Positions 51,250 through 64,000 of a DNA stretch of 64,000 nucleotides are shown here, piece by piece; position 1 is the first letter of the stretch; every line of letters begins with the position of its first letter. A model generated the notes under the pieces. It was given only the letters and a program-made list of their open reading frames with translations, made no database searches and had not been told where the DNA came from. The stretch covers positions 93,682,001 to 93,746,000 of the forward strand of contig OZ336872.1 in assembly GCA_965287045.1 (NCBI GenBank). Direction: 5' to 3'. The DNA is from Carcharhinus amblyrhynchos (Eukaryota). The translations under genes were made by a program, and so were the position numbers.

Positions 51250-53530
51250 TCCAAATCTGACACTTGAGAGAGTGCACCGGAAGTTGGAATTTTGGTTCTG
51301 GGCTGGTGGAGTTCTCTGGGAGTGGGGCTAGTGGCCCCAGAATGAGTGTGGAGTCTGCTGGGTGTGGAGGCAAAAAGCCTGCCTCTGGGTTCCGGCATTG
51401 TACTGAAATTAAAAACAAAAAGTAGAACATTAAATGTCTTTCCAACCTCACCCCTCATCCCCACACACTTCCCATGCTCCATCCATGCAAATCCAATCTC
51501 TCCACACATGCCATAGCTCTTTATGGCTCCTATGTTACCGCAAATGCCCTTCTTATTCCAATAGCACTTTATAGCCCCTATGCCAACTTAATAGCAACTC
51601 ATACCAACACTTAGATCTATCAAACTGCGAAATGGCAGGCACCCTACTGTGATAATGGAAGGTTGTGAAATTCCTCATGCAGCACTAATATAGTAAAGGC
51701 AAACCTCAAGCTTATGTCAACAAAGTGAAAAGACAAGCATTTTTAAAAACACTCCTGACATTTTGTCAAAGATTAAAAGGCAGATATTGTAAATAGCTTG
51801 ACAGTTTGATAGTTGCTTTTGACATTTTTCTTTAACAGTTTGTTTCAACACATGTGACAGTTCCAAGGACCTTGACAGTTAATGAGCTTATGCACTTAAA
51901 ATACATTTTCAAATCTACATTTAATAATTCCAAGAAGCACCTTATCTCTCCCAAGAGGGACCTGACTTCTGTGAAAGGTGTTCTGGGACCAAATCAAAAT
52001 AGATACCCTATCTCCTCAAAATGGTAGCCCACCTCCCAAAGAACTCCACAAATTTTAGACATGCTGCTACTCAGTCTAATCTGTGCACATGATGTTTCAT
52101 ATACCTGGGTCACCAAAGTTAGACATGAGTGGATGCACTGGCAACTTATAAATGCAGCTGTCTCTGTGAAATGTGCGTGTGCAATTCCCAACCCAGGTCC
52201 ATTCCTGTCATGTGAAAACAGTAGGTGCCATTGTTGGGAATAGGAGATCTAGATTTCAGCTGCTGCCACTGCTTCCAAATGCTCTATGTTATTGTGAAAA
52301 TCCAAGCCAGTCAATTCCTTATAATTTAATCCAGCATTCTGCCTTTACCAACTTGGGTTTCCTGAGCTGTGTCAGGGCCACAATGTGAAGTTGATGGTCT
52401 GGGAAGCCTACAAACAGTGAAAGTGAGTAGCTGCAACCATGCCTCGGTGAATGGCTACTGCACACCACACTCCTCCTCAGAGTGTGCAGTTAGCACTTGA
52501 GAGGTGATTTCCAATTTCTTGGATGTCAGTTCACCTGTCTGGGACTTAACTTTATCTTCACTTCCCTTCACTGTGGCATGGGAGCAGTCTATGTAGCCAC
52601 ATGTTGTTATACAGGGCAGTGGAGATGGGCACTGAGATATGGCCAAATGCTCAACGCAGGATCTAAAGACAGTGGAACATGCTTTTCAACATATCAGCTC
52701 AGGTTCTCAAGGCAGATCATTTCTGACATCTCCAGCATCTTGGAACAGGACCTCTTTCCTACTGGACTGGATTAGATGGGCAAGCACTTTGGTGGCTGCC
52801 AAGATAGCCACTATTGAAGGGCCTTGTCCTCCCATTCTTGGTCTCTGCCTCTGTGTGCTCTCTTCTCTTCCAAGGCATGTTCAGATCATGAGTGAGGCAT
52901 GAATATGAAATGACACAAATCTGAAGATAAATCTGCCCATTGACTGCACAGATGGGGCTCTATGGAGCTGCCTGGGCAGACAGGAATGAGTGGAGCTGTG
53001 AGATGTAATCGTTTGAGGAGTACTGTGTAGGAAAATGGTGGGAAAGTCAGGGTGTGGAGCTTGACACCTGGGATTTGTTGCTGCACTTACCTTTTTTGGC
53101 CTCCTGAACCCTCTGAATACAATGTCTCCAGGTTGTAGGGACCAATGATCACTTCCTCAATCAATTCCATCCTCTTTCTTTTACTCCATCCTTAAAGTTA
53201 CAAAGCCAATGCTCAGAGTGGATCAAGATCCAAATCCATTCCTCGCTTGCTCCATAAATCAAATTCACAATCTAATTGAATCCAATAAGGGAGACAAGCA
53301 AGATTCAAGCTGGCAAGATCAGGCACTTCACCCCATCTTGGGCTTGATCTGATGCTTGATCTTAGTCAAAAGACCGTAAATTGGACAGGATGGCCCATTC
53401 TTCCCATCCATGGCAAACATTAACTCATTCACCTCTACAAATCCTGCAGCAGGACCTCCAGGTAAGAGTGGGAGACTAGGAGCAGACATCCTAAGCCTCC
53501 TTTCCATTGTGGTAGCCAATGCAGCCTCAG
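51250..53530. mobile_element. Fragmented PIF/Harbinger-like DNA transposon sequence
   Basis: QLRFSRQIISDISSILEQDLFP at about 52690-52770 is homologous to the peptide at 13790-13860. The surrounding sequence is GC-elevated and degenerate. Boundaries are very approximate. Confidence 0.35.
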
Positions 53531-56500
53531 GTATCAGTCAATAGTTCAGCCATTCTGGTCCTTGCCATGGTTCCTTTAACTAAAAAAATCCCTTTATCAT
53601 CCTGCATGCCCTCTGATTGTTGGTGAAACCCAGAAGTAGGATTCTTTGCTGTGAATAGGGTTAAAGAAGCAAAGTAAAACAGACTGACAGCACAAACAGA
53701 TTTCCAGCCTGCTACTGTCCTCCTCATTGTATGCATGTTTGCTTGGAAAAAAATTTGCACAAAGTCTCTTGGTAATAACCTCATTTGATAAAGTGTTCCA
53801 TGTTCTATTAAGCGGCTTTGTGAAAATAATACTTTTAACTTCTCCTTTTATTTTGCAAGGAACTATGCAATCTATACCCACTTGTTACTAATTCATCAGC
53901 TAGTTGAAACGGTCTCCTTTGTTACATTTTAGTTGGGTTTTAGCCTTTATTGTTTGGATAAAGATTGCCGAAGAAGAATGGCTTCCATACCACTGACAGA
54001 ATCTATCCCATTTATTATCTGCTGCATTACCTGGAACTCAATCCAGGACTGCATCTTTCTTTACTGAATGCATAATATAGTAATTAAGGTAACAATTCTG
54101 GATGAATTCCAAGAGCACCTCCTTCTTTTAGTCTGAACTTTTGTCTTATCATAGTCTGTCTTAGGATAAGTAAAATCTCATTTATCCAAATATTCTTTTC
54201 TGTTTTGCTCATTTATCGATACCTCACATTAAATGATCAGGTGATTTGTTAGCTTATTAAATTGATACACTTTGATTCGGAATACAAACTAATGACTGGA
54301 AAGCTGAAAGTGGGTTTTGCAACTATATTATGTAAAATATAATACACACAAAAAAATTCAGCATGTTATATACCTTTTTGGTAAGATTATCAAGTTAAAT
54401 CATTGTTTTTCAAAATTTAGTGATTACAATGCATTATAGTATTGATTTTTATTTATGTAATTCTATCTAATTTTGAATTGGAATTTATGCCTATATAGAT
54501 CTAAATTTCATCCTAACAATTGCCCTCTTTAGCTTTCTTTGACATAGAATTGATACAATTTTTTATGTAGACATATTTTGACTTATTCCAAACAGGTACG
54601 CATTCAAGTTATGTAAAGGCCATAATGGATATATTAAAAATGTAAAATGATACAATGGTTAAAAAAAAGATTGTCCTGCATTGTATAGTCATAGTTCATT
54701 GTAATTTTTTTTCATATGAAAATATTATGAAGGTTGATGATTGAAAACATATGAGCAGAAGAGAGAAAAATGCCACTGATAAGAAACTGAAAAACTTCAA
54801 TTTACCAGTAACTTATTTGGGTTTACTCATGCACAATCAGATATGTACACTTTAAATTTAAAGTTACAAAAGGTCACAGAGCAGATTTCATTTCAATCCT
54901 CAGATTTACATATAACTCAAGCTTTTAGAAGTTCTGTTACAAACTGGAGACAAAATAATATGGTATCAGATATTTAAAAAAAACACATAAAACTTGCAGT
55001 TGACAAAAGCACTGTTTCACAGAATCGCAAAAAGTTTATGCTATGTGAGTTGATGGTGACTGCACCTAAGGCGCTGTTAACATCAAAGTATTTTGTTACT
55101 GTACCAGTGATGACGAGAATGTTACCTAGGTTCAGTGAGAGTTGATCCTTGTTGGTCAACTACACTTGAAGGTTTACACATTTGTTATGTAGATTCGGAT
55201 TGTTTAAGTTTAACATGCTGATCTTTGTCTAATTTTTGGAATTTAAGTGTGGATTTGTTTTCTGGTTATTGTCCTAGCCAGTAGCAGCTGGAATAAGTTT
55301 GCATAGATGATCAATTTTGTGAACCATGACGACAAATATTACAGTTCATGCACCGGGAGCAGTTTGTGATGTTTTCAAGTTTATTTGCTTATTTACTTTA
55401 ATCCAGCTGTAGGGCCAGTCCAGAATATTGGCCAGGAAAAGAGAAATTGTATACTTCTTCTTTGGTGTTGTCAGTCCCCATTCAGTTCTGGGTCAATTGT
55501 TAATTAGGGAGAATTTATAACGCTTATTTGAAGAGTTCCATAGTTCAGTTTTCAGGTGTTTTTCCCTTGTTATAATGGAGGTTTGGATATAATTAAGTCA
55601 AATGACTAAATTTAATACTCATATCATTTCAGCTTTTACTGCTTCACCTCCCAGCAATCAGTACACTTGCAGCATTAAGGCTTAGCCAGTGGAACTTGCT
55701 TAAAGTGAACTCAATACAGTGAATTTCCATTTAGAGTGAAACAATTCCAGTCTTTCAATTCACTTATCATTTAAATGAATTTGGAAATATAGCTCTTAAT
55801 ATAATGAAGTGACTACCTACCATGGTAGAGCTAATCCTCCACTGTTAGCCTATAAGTGGAGTTGACCTATCTCACAGCTCAATGGACACTAGTGTTTTGA
55901 ATCTTAAAGCATGTAATCTGTACTCTCACTGAATCTTATATTGAAGATATACTGTAGCAAGCAATCTACAATTTGTTGCATTTTGATCAGTAATATGTTC
56001 AGGGAGGTGAAGGTAAGTTGTGCAGTTCTACTGTGACAGAGTAGCGGAAATGCCTTAAGTACACAAATACATATGCATTACTGACTTCTGGCTACCAGAA
56101 AGACTTCGAAGTAATTAGAAAAAGTTGACAAGGAATCTTAGAAATGAAATCATGAAGGAAGCTAGTGGAGATCTCTTAAAAGCATGCTGTGATGCAGCAT
56201 CATCTTTTACAAGCATTGTCGCATATACTAAACATGACCAAAACTCTAGATTGCGGGAATAATTTCTACAGATCAGCTGTGATGTAGGTCCCAAAGTATA
56301 TTTATGGTATTTGTGACACATTTTAAAACATTTTGATTCTATTCCAGCCACAAAAAAATACTTTCATGGTTGTATATACAGGCTACAGATGTAGTCAGTT
56401 TCAGGTTAAGCTTGGATTATTCCAAGCTGACACACTTGATTCTGAGTTGTCACAGGCCACCATCCCAGCAGTTACCCAATGAGTGCTGCCAGAATGACTT

Positions 56501-58939
56501 AGATTGGCGGAAGAGCACCAAATTAACATCGGGTTAGCAGGAGAAGCAGAAATTCCCATTCCTTGCCTTCCCTCTGCTTTGCAAGAGACCACACGTAGAG
56601 ATCTCAGGAGAATTTCCCAAAGTCTACAGGGAAGGCTGTGGCTGGCATATTTTGTGGGACCTCTTGCTGAACTCAAGCTGAAGTTATGAAAGAATTTGCC
56701 AAAAGACCTGCATGTTTTTGGGGCCAATGTTCTTTAATGCTGTGCTTCAGAACAGTTGTGGAGTGAGTAAATAGGTCAGAATTAGACTGACCTCTGATTG
56801 CTCATGCAATTTTTCCTTGTTGAAACAAGCCAAGTAGGTAGTCACTCTCTGGAATACTAAAAATAGAATAGAAAGCAAGCTGTGTGAGCAATAACTTTTT
56901 TATTAACACACTCAAATTCCTGACTAGGTACAGTTGCCAAAGTTGCAGCATTATAGTATAGTTTTGCTCAATCTCAAGCTGAGATGTTAACCATAATTGA
57001 ACATGAATTTGTTCCTGCCTTCAGTTTAAGTAATGCTCAGTCACTTCCTGATATGAAATGCAGTATAGGTTCATGTAAACAAGGGTTCTTTTGGAACAGG
57101 AACCTCTAGCCTTTCGCCAGAAGATACATTTAATGTGACACAATGAGTAAACGAAGGTTTAGCTTTTGCAAAAGCATTTCAACTGATTCCGACAGTGTTT
57201 TCCTTGCACACAAGCTACAGCACTTACAGATAGGAAACATTGTTTTGCTAATGCTTTCTAGTATAGATCTCAAATTTCCCTTGTAGTCACAGTTAAACAA
57301 TAATGAACAGACTCAAATATCACATTTTAAAGAAGGCAAATCATAGGCTATTTTTGTCAGAAATGCAAATTCCTTTGCAATTGGAATGTGCATTGAGGCT
57401 TGCCGTTTTATAATATACCAAAGATCAATGCAATTCATCCCATATCATAATAAAAGTACATATCTCATTCTTTTCTCATTAATGCAATTTAATAAGTAGA
57501 TAATGTATTTCCAAGATTTCTTTCAGAATGTCATACAAGCAGATTATGAAATTATTAGTGTTTTTTAAAAAGATCTGAGGTTAAATTGCCATAAAATTGA
57601 AAACCAATACAGTCTTTCAACTATTCAGAGGGTTTTAGTTTCTTTCCCATTCACTATAAATTTCACCATGAATTTATGAATTCATCTCAGCACTTAATAC
57701 CAAGTTAAATTAGTTTTTGCCGTCTTAACTTTGTTCCCAGTGGACGTTAGTCTATGGAATAAAATGGTGCTTTCTTAGTAATCTCATCTGAGAGAGGCCA
57801 GAGGTTGAAAATGTTGGAAAGGTTCTTTTTTCAGAGAGAAGCAGTAATGACTGCACTGTTGATTGAATGCCAACATACATACTTAGTTATTTTGTCTGTA
57901 CCCTGTCTCATAAAGCTTTTGCAAATTTCAAAACTGAAAGTTGTCAATTCTTCAGGAAATCCAACTTTTACTCTCGGGCATATGAGAATCATCTCTTTAC
58001 GGATGGAAACACCCTGGTACCACAGGCAGGGGGTGGATGCTGTCCACTAGTCCTGCTTTCATTCAGAACTTGCAGTATGATTTTCTGCAGACTAGTTCTG
58101 CCCTTCCTGTAACTCCATGCTTTAAGTGAGAAGGTCACATTGAAATACCTTAACTGACACACTGTGCCTCGAGGCTACTTTCTTTTTCTTGTTCTCAAAG
58201 AGCCATGCAGAAATTACTAAAATCTAATTATTTTGCTGTTAATCAACTGCAGGTTGATTCCTGGAGCATTCTTATCAGCAGTAAACCACTCAGGGCATAA
58301 AACGTTACTCAATAGACATGTACGAGTTTATCACAAATTGTTCCAAAAGAATTGATTTTTTCTGAATTTTTATGCTAAAATATTATTGGAAATCAATGTA
58401 AACAGTTAATGGACTCCATGGTCAACATGCATTTGAAATGGCTATCACTGGTAGATGGTTAACTTGTGATAATATGGCCCAGGCACAACCACCATCTTAA
58501 AACACACAATAAGTGCATTTAATCCTGAAAAAAACTTTTATGATCTGATTGTATAAAATTCTGCATTAAATTGTGGAAATTAATCTGAGTTTGTTTTCAG
58601 AAAAAAAAGCTCTGTGACAAATTCAGCAAATGATGTTTCCAAACTTATTCAACAAAACCCAAACATAAAAAATGCTACTCGTTTCTAAAAGTTTTCAAAC
58701 ATTTTCCACCTACCCACAAACTATGTTCTCCTCCTGAAGGTGCTGACTCGAAGTTGACTGTAGTTCCTCAGGGACTAATCACTCTTCAGAACCTTGTCCG
58801 AAATGGCACTCTAAGTGTGGGTTTACATTGTGAGTGTTAACAAGTTATTTAACTTTTGGTTATATTTAAGCTGAGTTTCACATTGTACTCCACCATACAC
58901 CTGTAGACAGACATTTTCCAAATAACAGTTATGTAACAC

Positions 58940-60090
58940 AAGGGTCAGGCAATGACTGTCTCCCACCAGAGGGAGCCTCATCTCCTTTTGATTTTCAGTG
59001 TCACTACCATCACCTAATCCCCAAATCACTACATCCAGAAGGCCACCATTGACTAGAAACCTAACTAGGTCTCCAACATCAATACTGAGCCTCCAAGAGC
59101 AAGTCAGAGGTTGGAAGTTCTGCAATGAGCAACTAACCTTCAGCCTCTCGAAACCTTTTCGTGAATGCAGGCCCGACAACACTCAAGATCTCAACACCAG
59201 CCAGGATAAAGCAGTCTATTTGACCAGTAACTTATCCATCATCTTATTTATTCACTGACTCCCCTACCATCGGACCATGGCTGGAATTTGCTGCTCCCCC
59301 CACTGTGGCGGGACCCGCTGTGGGGGATGCAGCGGACTTTCTGAAGAAGCAGATGATTCCAAGGTGGGCTAAGCTGGAAAGTCTTGGCCCATGTCTGCAT
59401 AGTGTATCAACTATGAAATGTCCTGCAGCAACTCATCAAGGTTCCTCCTCCAGCTGTTGAAACAGACACTTTATCTCCAAAGGGATAAGAACAGCTGCAT
59501 GGGAATGCTACTACCTTCAAGCTCCCACTCAAGTCATGATCCATCCTAACTTGGAAATAAATCACTGTTCCTTCATTGTTGCTAAATCAAAATCCTGGAA
59601 GTCCCTACCTAACTAATCAGGGTGGCACAGTGGTTAGCACTGCTGCCTTACAACGCGAGGGACCCAGGTTCAATTCTGGCCTCAGCTGATTGTTGGTCTG
59701 GAGTTTATAGATTCTGCTCATGTCTGCTTGGGTTTCCTCTGTGTGCTCCAGTTTCCTTCTACAGTCCAAAGATGTATGGATTAGGTTGATTGGCCAGGCT
59801 AAATTGGCCTTTAGTATCAGGAAGATTAGCAGGGTAAGTACATGGGGTTATGGGATAGGGTCTGAGTGTGATTGTTGTTGATGCAGGCTTGATGGGCTCA
59901 ATGGCTTCTTTCTGCACAGTAGGGAATCAGTGCTTCCACTCTCTGATTCTAACATATCTATGGGAGCAAATTCACTGTCTGTGACAGTTTTAAAATGGCA
60001 ACTTACCACCACCTTCTGGAGGGCAATTAGGAATTGTAAATAAGTGTTGACCTTTCCAGTGCTGGCAACATCCTGTGACTGAATATACAA
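58940..60090 (+). mobile_element. Old CR1-group LINE 3' region (probably the family at 14150-16060), interrupted by a MITE (about 59280-59390) and an HE1 SINE
   Basis: accattgactagaaacctaact, ccaggataaagcag, gcagcaactcatcaagg, aaaatcctggaagtccctacc (SW.SLP) and the terminus caccaccttctggagggcaattagg...aaataagtg. Confidence 0.7.
59619..59928 (+). mobile_element. HE1 SINE (CR1-type tail), full length
   Basis: ggtggcacagtggttagcactgctgcc...ggttcaattc...V-domain...gatgggctcaatggcttctttctgcacagtagggaatc. Confidence 0.88.
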
Positions 60091-60119
60091 AAGGACCGAT
60101 GAGAAATGATAGGATCAAA

Positions 60120-60287
60120 GTACCTTCTCTTGACCGTACCAGCCGCCCCTAATCTCTTATCTATTCCAGTGGCACAGTGGACAATTATAATGCACAACTT
60201 CCCTGCTGAGATCAGTTAACCAAATAAACACCAAAGATCAAAGATCTTGCTGATCTGTATTGGGTAGTGTATTTATCAATTGAGCCC
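60120..60287 (-). mobile_element. Ancient SINE remnant (LF-SINE-like)
   Basis: gctgagatcagttaac...gatcaaagatcttgctgatctgtat...tatcaattgagcc resembles the reverse complement of an LF-SINE-type head. Recognised from memory only. Confidence 0.3.
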
Positions 60288-61805
60288 AAGGGGGTGTAAA
60301 AACATCAACTGCTAAAAGTATTAAAAATTAAGAGTGCAAAATCAGCTCCGGGGAGATTCATCTCACCTTATGAGTAAAATCCTCATTCAAACGTTGAATT
60401 TCAACATAGGAAGTCAGCTCCAATTGACTGCTTAATTTGGTATCTAGACTCCAAACGCGACACTTAAATATACAATCCTCCTCTGAGCATCAAAGTTTCC
60501 CATTTTATCTCATTTTAATCCTCAGCAAACTAAATATGTTTAATCCACTATCAAAACTGTGCCTGGAGGGAGTGGTTCAATTTAAAAGTTCAAACAATTT
60601 TGTGTAAATATGTAATTTTGTTTAACATTCACTTCAATTGAATGATCTGATTGTAGTACAAAGATTCTGAATTTTTTTAAATTGAATTTTTAGTTTATAG
60701 AAAGCCAAATGCACATATTTTGGTCTAACTGCGCTGATTAGGAAACAGAGACACGTTTAAAATTGAATGTGTTGATTTTACAATCAGTCACTTAAATATC
60801 CAGGCCGCAAGGTAGGACGTTTATGCAGCAGCATTTAACAACTTGCACAGAAATTGAGGTTGCGAAGTCTTCCTTGCAAGTTTTCCCTGCTTGAACAATG
60901 CCAAAGAACAATTAGCACTTAATAAATTGCGCTGGTGGACATTCAGGGCCACAAACTAACTTTTTTAAGCAACAGGAAACTTTAAAATATTTAATCCTTT
61001 CGCTGGCATTCCTCCAAACATATTAAGGTTTTGCCTGTGGGTAGATTCATACAATTGAAAGAATACCACCAACGCCTTAGGTTATAGAAATATTAAGTGG
61101 AGTGTATCGAGTTCCTGTTTAGAAAAAGTAGCATTGTTCCTTCTGGAGCAAAAAACTTACTCTCAATTAAAGTTATTCTTATGAAGATTTCACCTTTTCA
61201 CTGTTATTTGATCCCAAAATTGGTCCACAGATGTAAATTGCCTTTGACAAGGAATTAGTCTTCAGCAGACTGCCCTGTATGTATCTATAAGCTGTAGAAA
61301 TTTTATTTTTGAGTGCTGCTTTTTATGTTAATGCAAGATGATACTGTGCAAAGTTAAAGCAAAAAAAAATCCACTGTAATTGTTCAAAAATTGATGGAAA
61401 ACTGTAGGAGTTCTCTTTTACTTTTGTGTCTGAAAGTTTCACCTGAAACTAGGATTTCTTTTAAAAAATATGCAATTTGAAAAGTGTTTTCTAAAGTCAG
61501 CAATTTGAACCACAGAAGTTGACCTTGAATACAAACCAATCATGTATTATCCAACAGTCTTTCTTAAATTATCAACATCTGGAAAATATAGAAACATTAG
61601 TTTAGTTCAAGTGGCGATTCTTCCTTGTTATTGGTGAGTTTGGGATGGAGGTGGGGGAGGGTTGATAGGGTGATGTGTGTCAAAGTCAAACGAACAAGTT
61701 TGATGGATCAGCTCGTCTTTTTTCTTCACTTTTGTGTGTACTCCTGGCTTCAACATCCTGGCACGACGACATGGATACCTGCCAAAATTCCAAGTCACTC
61801 ATTGC

Positions 61806-62004
61806 TGTAAAGTTGTATGTTGCCTCATAAAGTAGTCTGGAGTCTTGTATGATTGAACAATAACTGTTCATTAAAAGCACAACCACATGGTCCTGACTCG
61901 GTGTTATCTCTATGCTGGTTTCTACCAGACTCTCCATTACACTCTACTACTCCCTTATGACTTTCTACATCATAATGCGAACACCAGTGCACTTTAATAC
62001 TACA
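61806..62004 (-). mobile_element. 3' LTR of a Gypsy element
   Basis: TGTA...TACA termini (about 199 bp), directly adjacent to cctttccct (62005-62013), which is a polypurine tract AGGGAAAGG on the minus strand. Confidence 0.7.
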
Positions 62005-64000
62005 CCTTTCCCTCAAGTCTTTACACAAATGTATTTACAATAATATTTACATACAACCACTTCCCTTTCAAAGTCTTGGATTTTACAGGTTCAGAAAGTC
62101 TAGAGGCTTTATGGCTCTTCCAGATCTTGTTCTTTTCAAGTTTGCAGTTGTGGTTGTTTAGGGCTGATTCTGTTGATCTGGAGTTGAAGTTATAGTACTT
62201 GGTGTTTCAGGTGTCAATATGTGATTTGTATCTTCTTGCGCTCCTTAATGTTGTATTTTTCTGCCTTCCTTGGTAAGATACCTTGGATTTAATCCTCTCC
62301 TTCCAGAGGGAATGTTCCACTCTGTTCATTCATAGAGTGGCACAGGTATTCAATAGGGTCCATGTTCTTCCTGGAAGTTGAAAGTTTACCTCATTTTTCT
62401 TTGTATATTCCTTAACCTGCAATTTAGTTTCTAATGCTGTGCTCTGTTTCTCCATGTGTACTTATGCATCCTTGAGTTTTGTTTTGGTGTGATGATGGTT
62501 GCTTCTCTCCTGCTACAGGATTGACATCATGTTGTGGACAGATTTTTAATCAGTAAGGGAATTAAGAGTTATGGGGATAAGGCAGGAAAGTGGAGTTGAG
62601 GAGAGTCCTATCCAATCAGTCGTGATCTGATTGACTGGTGGAACAGACTCAGTGGGCCAAATGGCCTCCTTCCACTCCTACATCTTATGGTCTTATGGTA
62701 CCTGTCAGCTTGAAGCTTCAGCTTTGTTGCTGTAGTTTTTCCTCGTTCTGTGGTTGCAGCTGTTTGACTTTGAAATTCAGACGCAACCTTCTAATGTTCC
62801 TCTTTCTCCTCTATATCTTCTCTTTTAAGCATTTTGGTGCTCATCTGGAGGTTTGGCTGGTCTAACCAAAGAAAAATATTTTCTGCCAAGTGCAAAGGAG
62901 TTGGAATAATTGCCAAGAGCGAGTCCCAGACTGAAGACCCAGTTGAGATCATCCACACTAGTGGACCTTTGGGGAGTCTCCATTTCAGTGCTGTTGACCA
63001 CATGGCTGTTTTGGTGTCTTCTGCTGTTTTGAGGAGGTTGAGGGAACACAGGCATCTCTGTTCTGAAGAGAAAAGGATTGAATGTGGATGACTTAGAGAA
63101 TTTTAAATTAATTGCTTATTGCCATACCAGAGTGGCTCTTGAATCATGCCAATGACAGGTAGTTGAATTCCTCCAGACCCATACAGTGGTGTGTCTGTCA
63201 TCTTTAGCCAGAGGTCTTTTAGTCATGGTTCCTGACCTGACGGGACCATCATACTGGCTCCTGTGTTTAACTTGAAATTTGTCATTGAAATTTACAGATA
63301 CGTCAACATTTCAAAATGTGAATCTGGGTCCTTAACTTCTCCTGTGAAGTATTGTTGGATGGCTTGATAGGGATCCCCTGAACATTTTGAAATTTTGGAT
63401 TGGCACATCTTTCTAAAAATATCCCAGGTGGTTGCAGCGAAAGCTTTGAACAGTGAATGCTCCTGTGAGGTCTTTTGATGCCAAAAGTGCTGACATGTTC
63501 TGCCACCATCTTGTGTTTTGCTTCAGTATTGCCTTCCTTAAAGTGGAGTCTTCCTGTCCTTTTGCTTTATGAGCTGGACTGCTGGCATTGCTCTGTGCCA
63601 TGGTTTAACTTCACCATGCAAAATGGATTGGTTTTGCTGGCAGACTTTCGATTGTCTGGCCATTTGGATGACATTTTCCAAAATCAGAACTTCCTTAGAT
63701 TGAAGTACATCTGAAGAGTATCGTCGTCCATCCCCATTATTATTCGACCTCTTATGAGCTCCAGCTAAAGGTCACCGTAGTCACAGTCTTAAAACAAATA
63801 TAATTTTATAACTCATTTATAAAAGAGTCTACTGCTTCCCCTGGTTTTTGGAGTCCCTTGTTAAATTTTGCTTGCTCCAAAATTTTTTTACTTCTTAGTT
63901 TAAAGTAGGTGTCAAAGGACTTCATGACCTCTTCAAAGTTATTGGAAGATTAATTTATTCCTCATTTGGCAATTATGTCATTGGCTATTCAACTTATTGA
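62005..64000 (-). mobile_element. Decayed, internally deleted Gypsy (Mag-like) LTR retrotransposon: gag, protease and integrase end
   Basis: Minus strand: FEEVMKSFDTYF..ILEQAKFNK..QKPGEAVDSFINEL..CDYGDL..ELIRGRII.G (Gag capsid, about 63700-63945); NFKLNTGASMMV (aspartic protease with D to N, about 63244-63279); LALGNY and PRY..TLR-like integrase C-terminal remnants. Runs off the window end. Confidence 0.8.
62530..62700 (+). mobile_element. CR1 3' terminal fragment inserted in the Gypsy remnant
   Basis: agttatggggataaggcaggaaagtggagttgagg...gggccaaatggcctccttccactcctacatcttatggtcttatgg (CR1 3' UTR plus 8-bp terminal repeat). Confidence 0.85.

Overview
AT-rich vertebrate genomic DNA, almost certainly from a cartilaginous fish (shark), judged by its HE1/V-SINEs, SacSINE1-like DeuSINEs, CR1 LINEs and Penelope elements. 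The window is the middle of a PAX3 gene on the + strand. Three coding exons lie at 32526-32725, 36388-36553 and 39678-39892 (equivalent to human exons 5-7: homeodomain plus start of the transactivation region), with about 32.5 kb of upstream intron and more than 24 kb of downstream intron. The paired-box exons and exon 8 were not found. The introns hold nested transposable elements and several enhancer-like unique segments. The most unusual object is at 18749-19809: a very young Penelope-type element with 269-bp inverted arms (268/269 matched), a minimal hammerhead ribozyme in each arm and a 12-bp target duplication. It encloses a 460-bp, still-open fragment of an unrelated Tx1/L1-clade LINE ORF2 and sits inside the GIY-YIG endonuclease of an older Penelope. 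A smaller cargo-free member of the same family lies at 23767-24003. Repeat family names come from motif recognition by eye, not database searches, and repeat boundaries are approximate unless stated.
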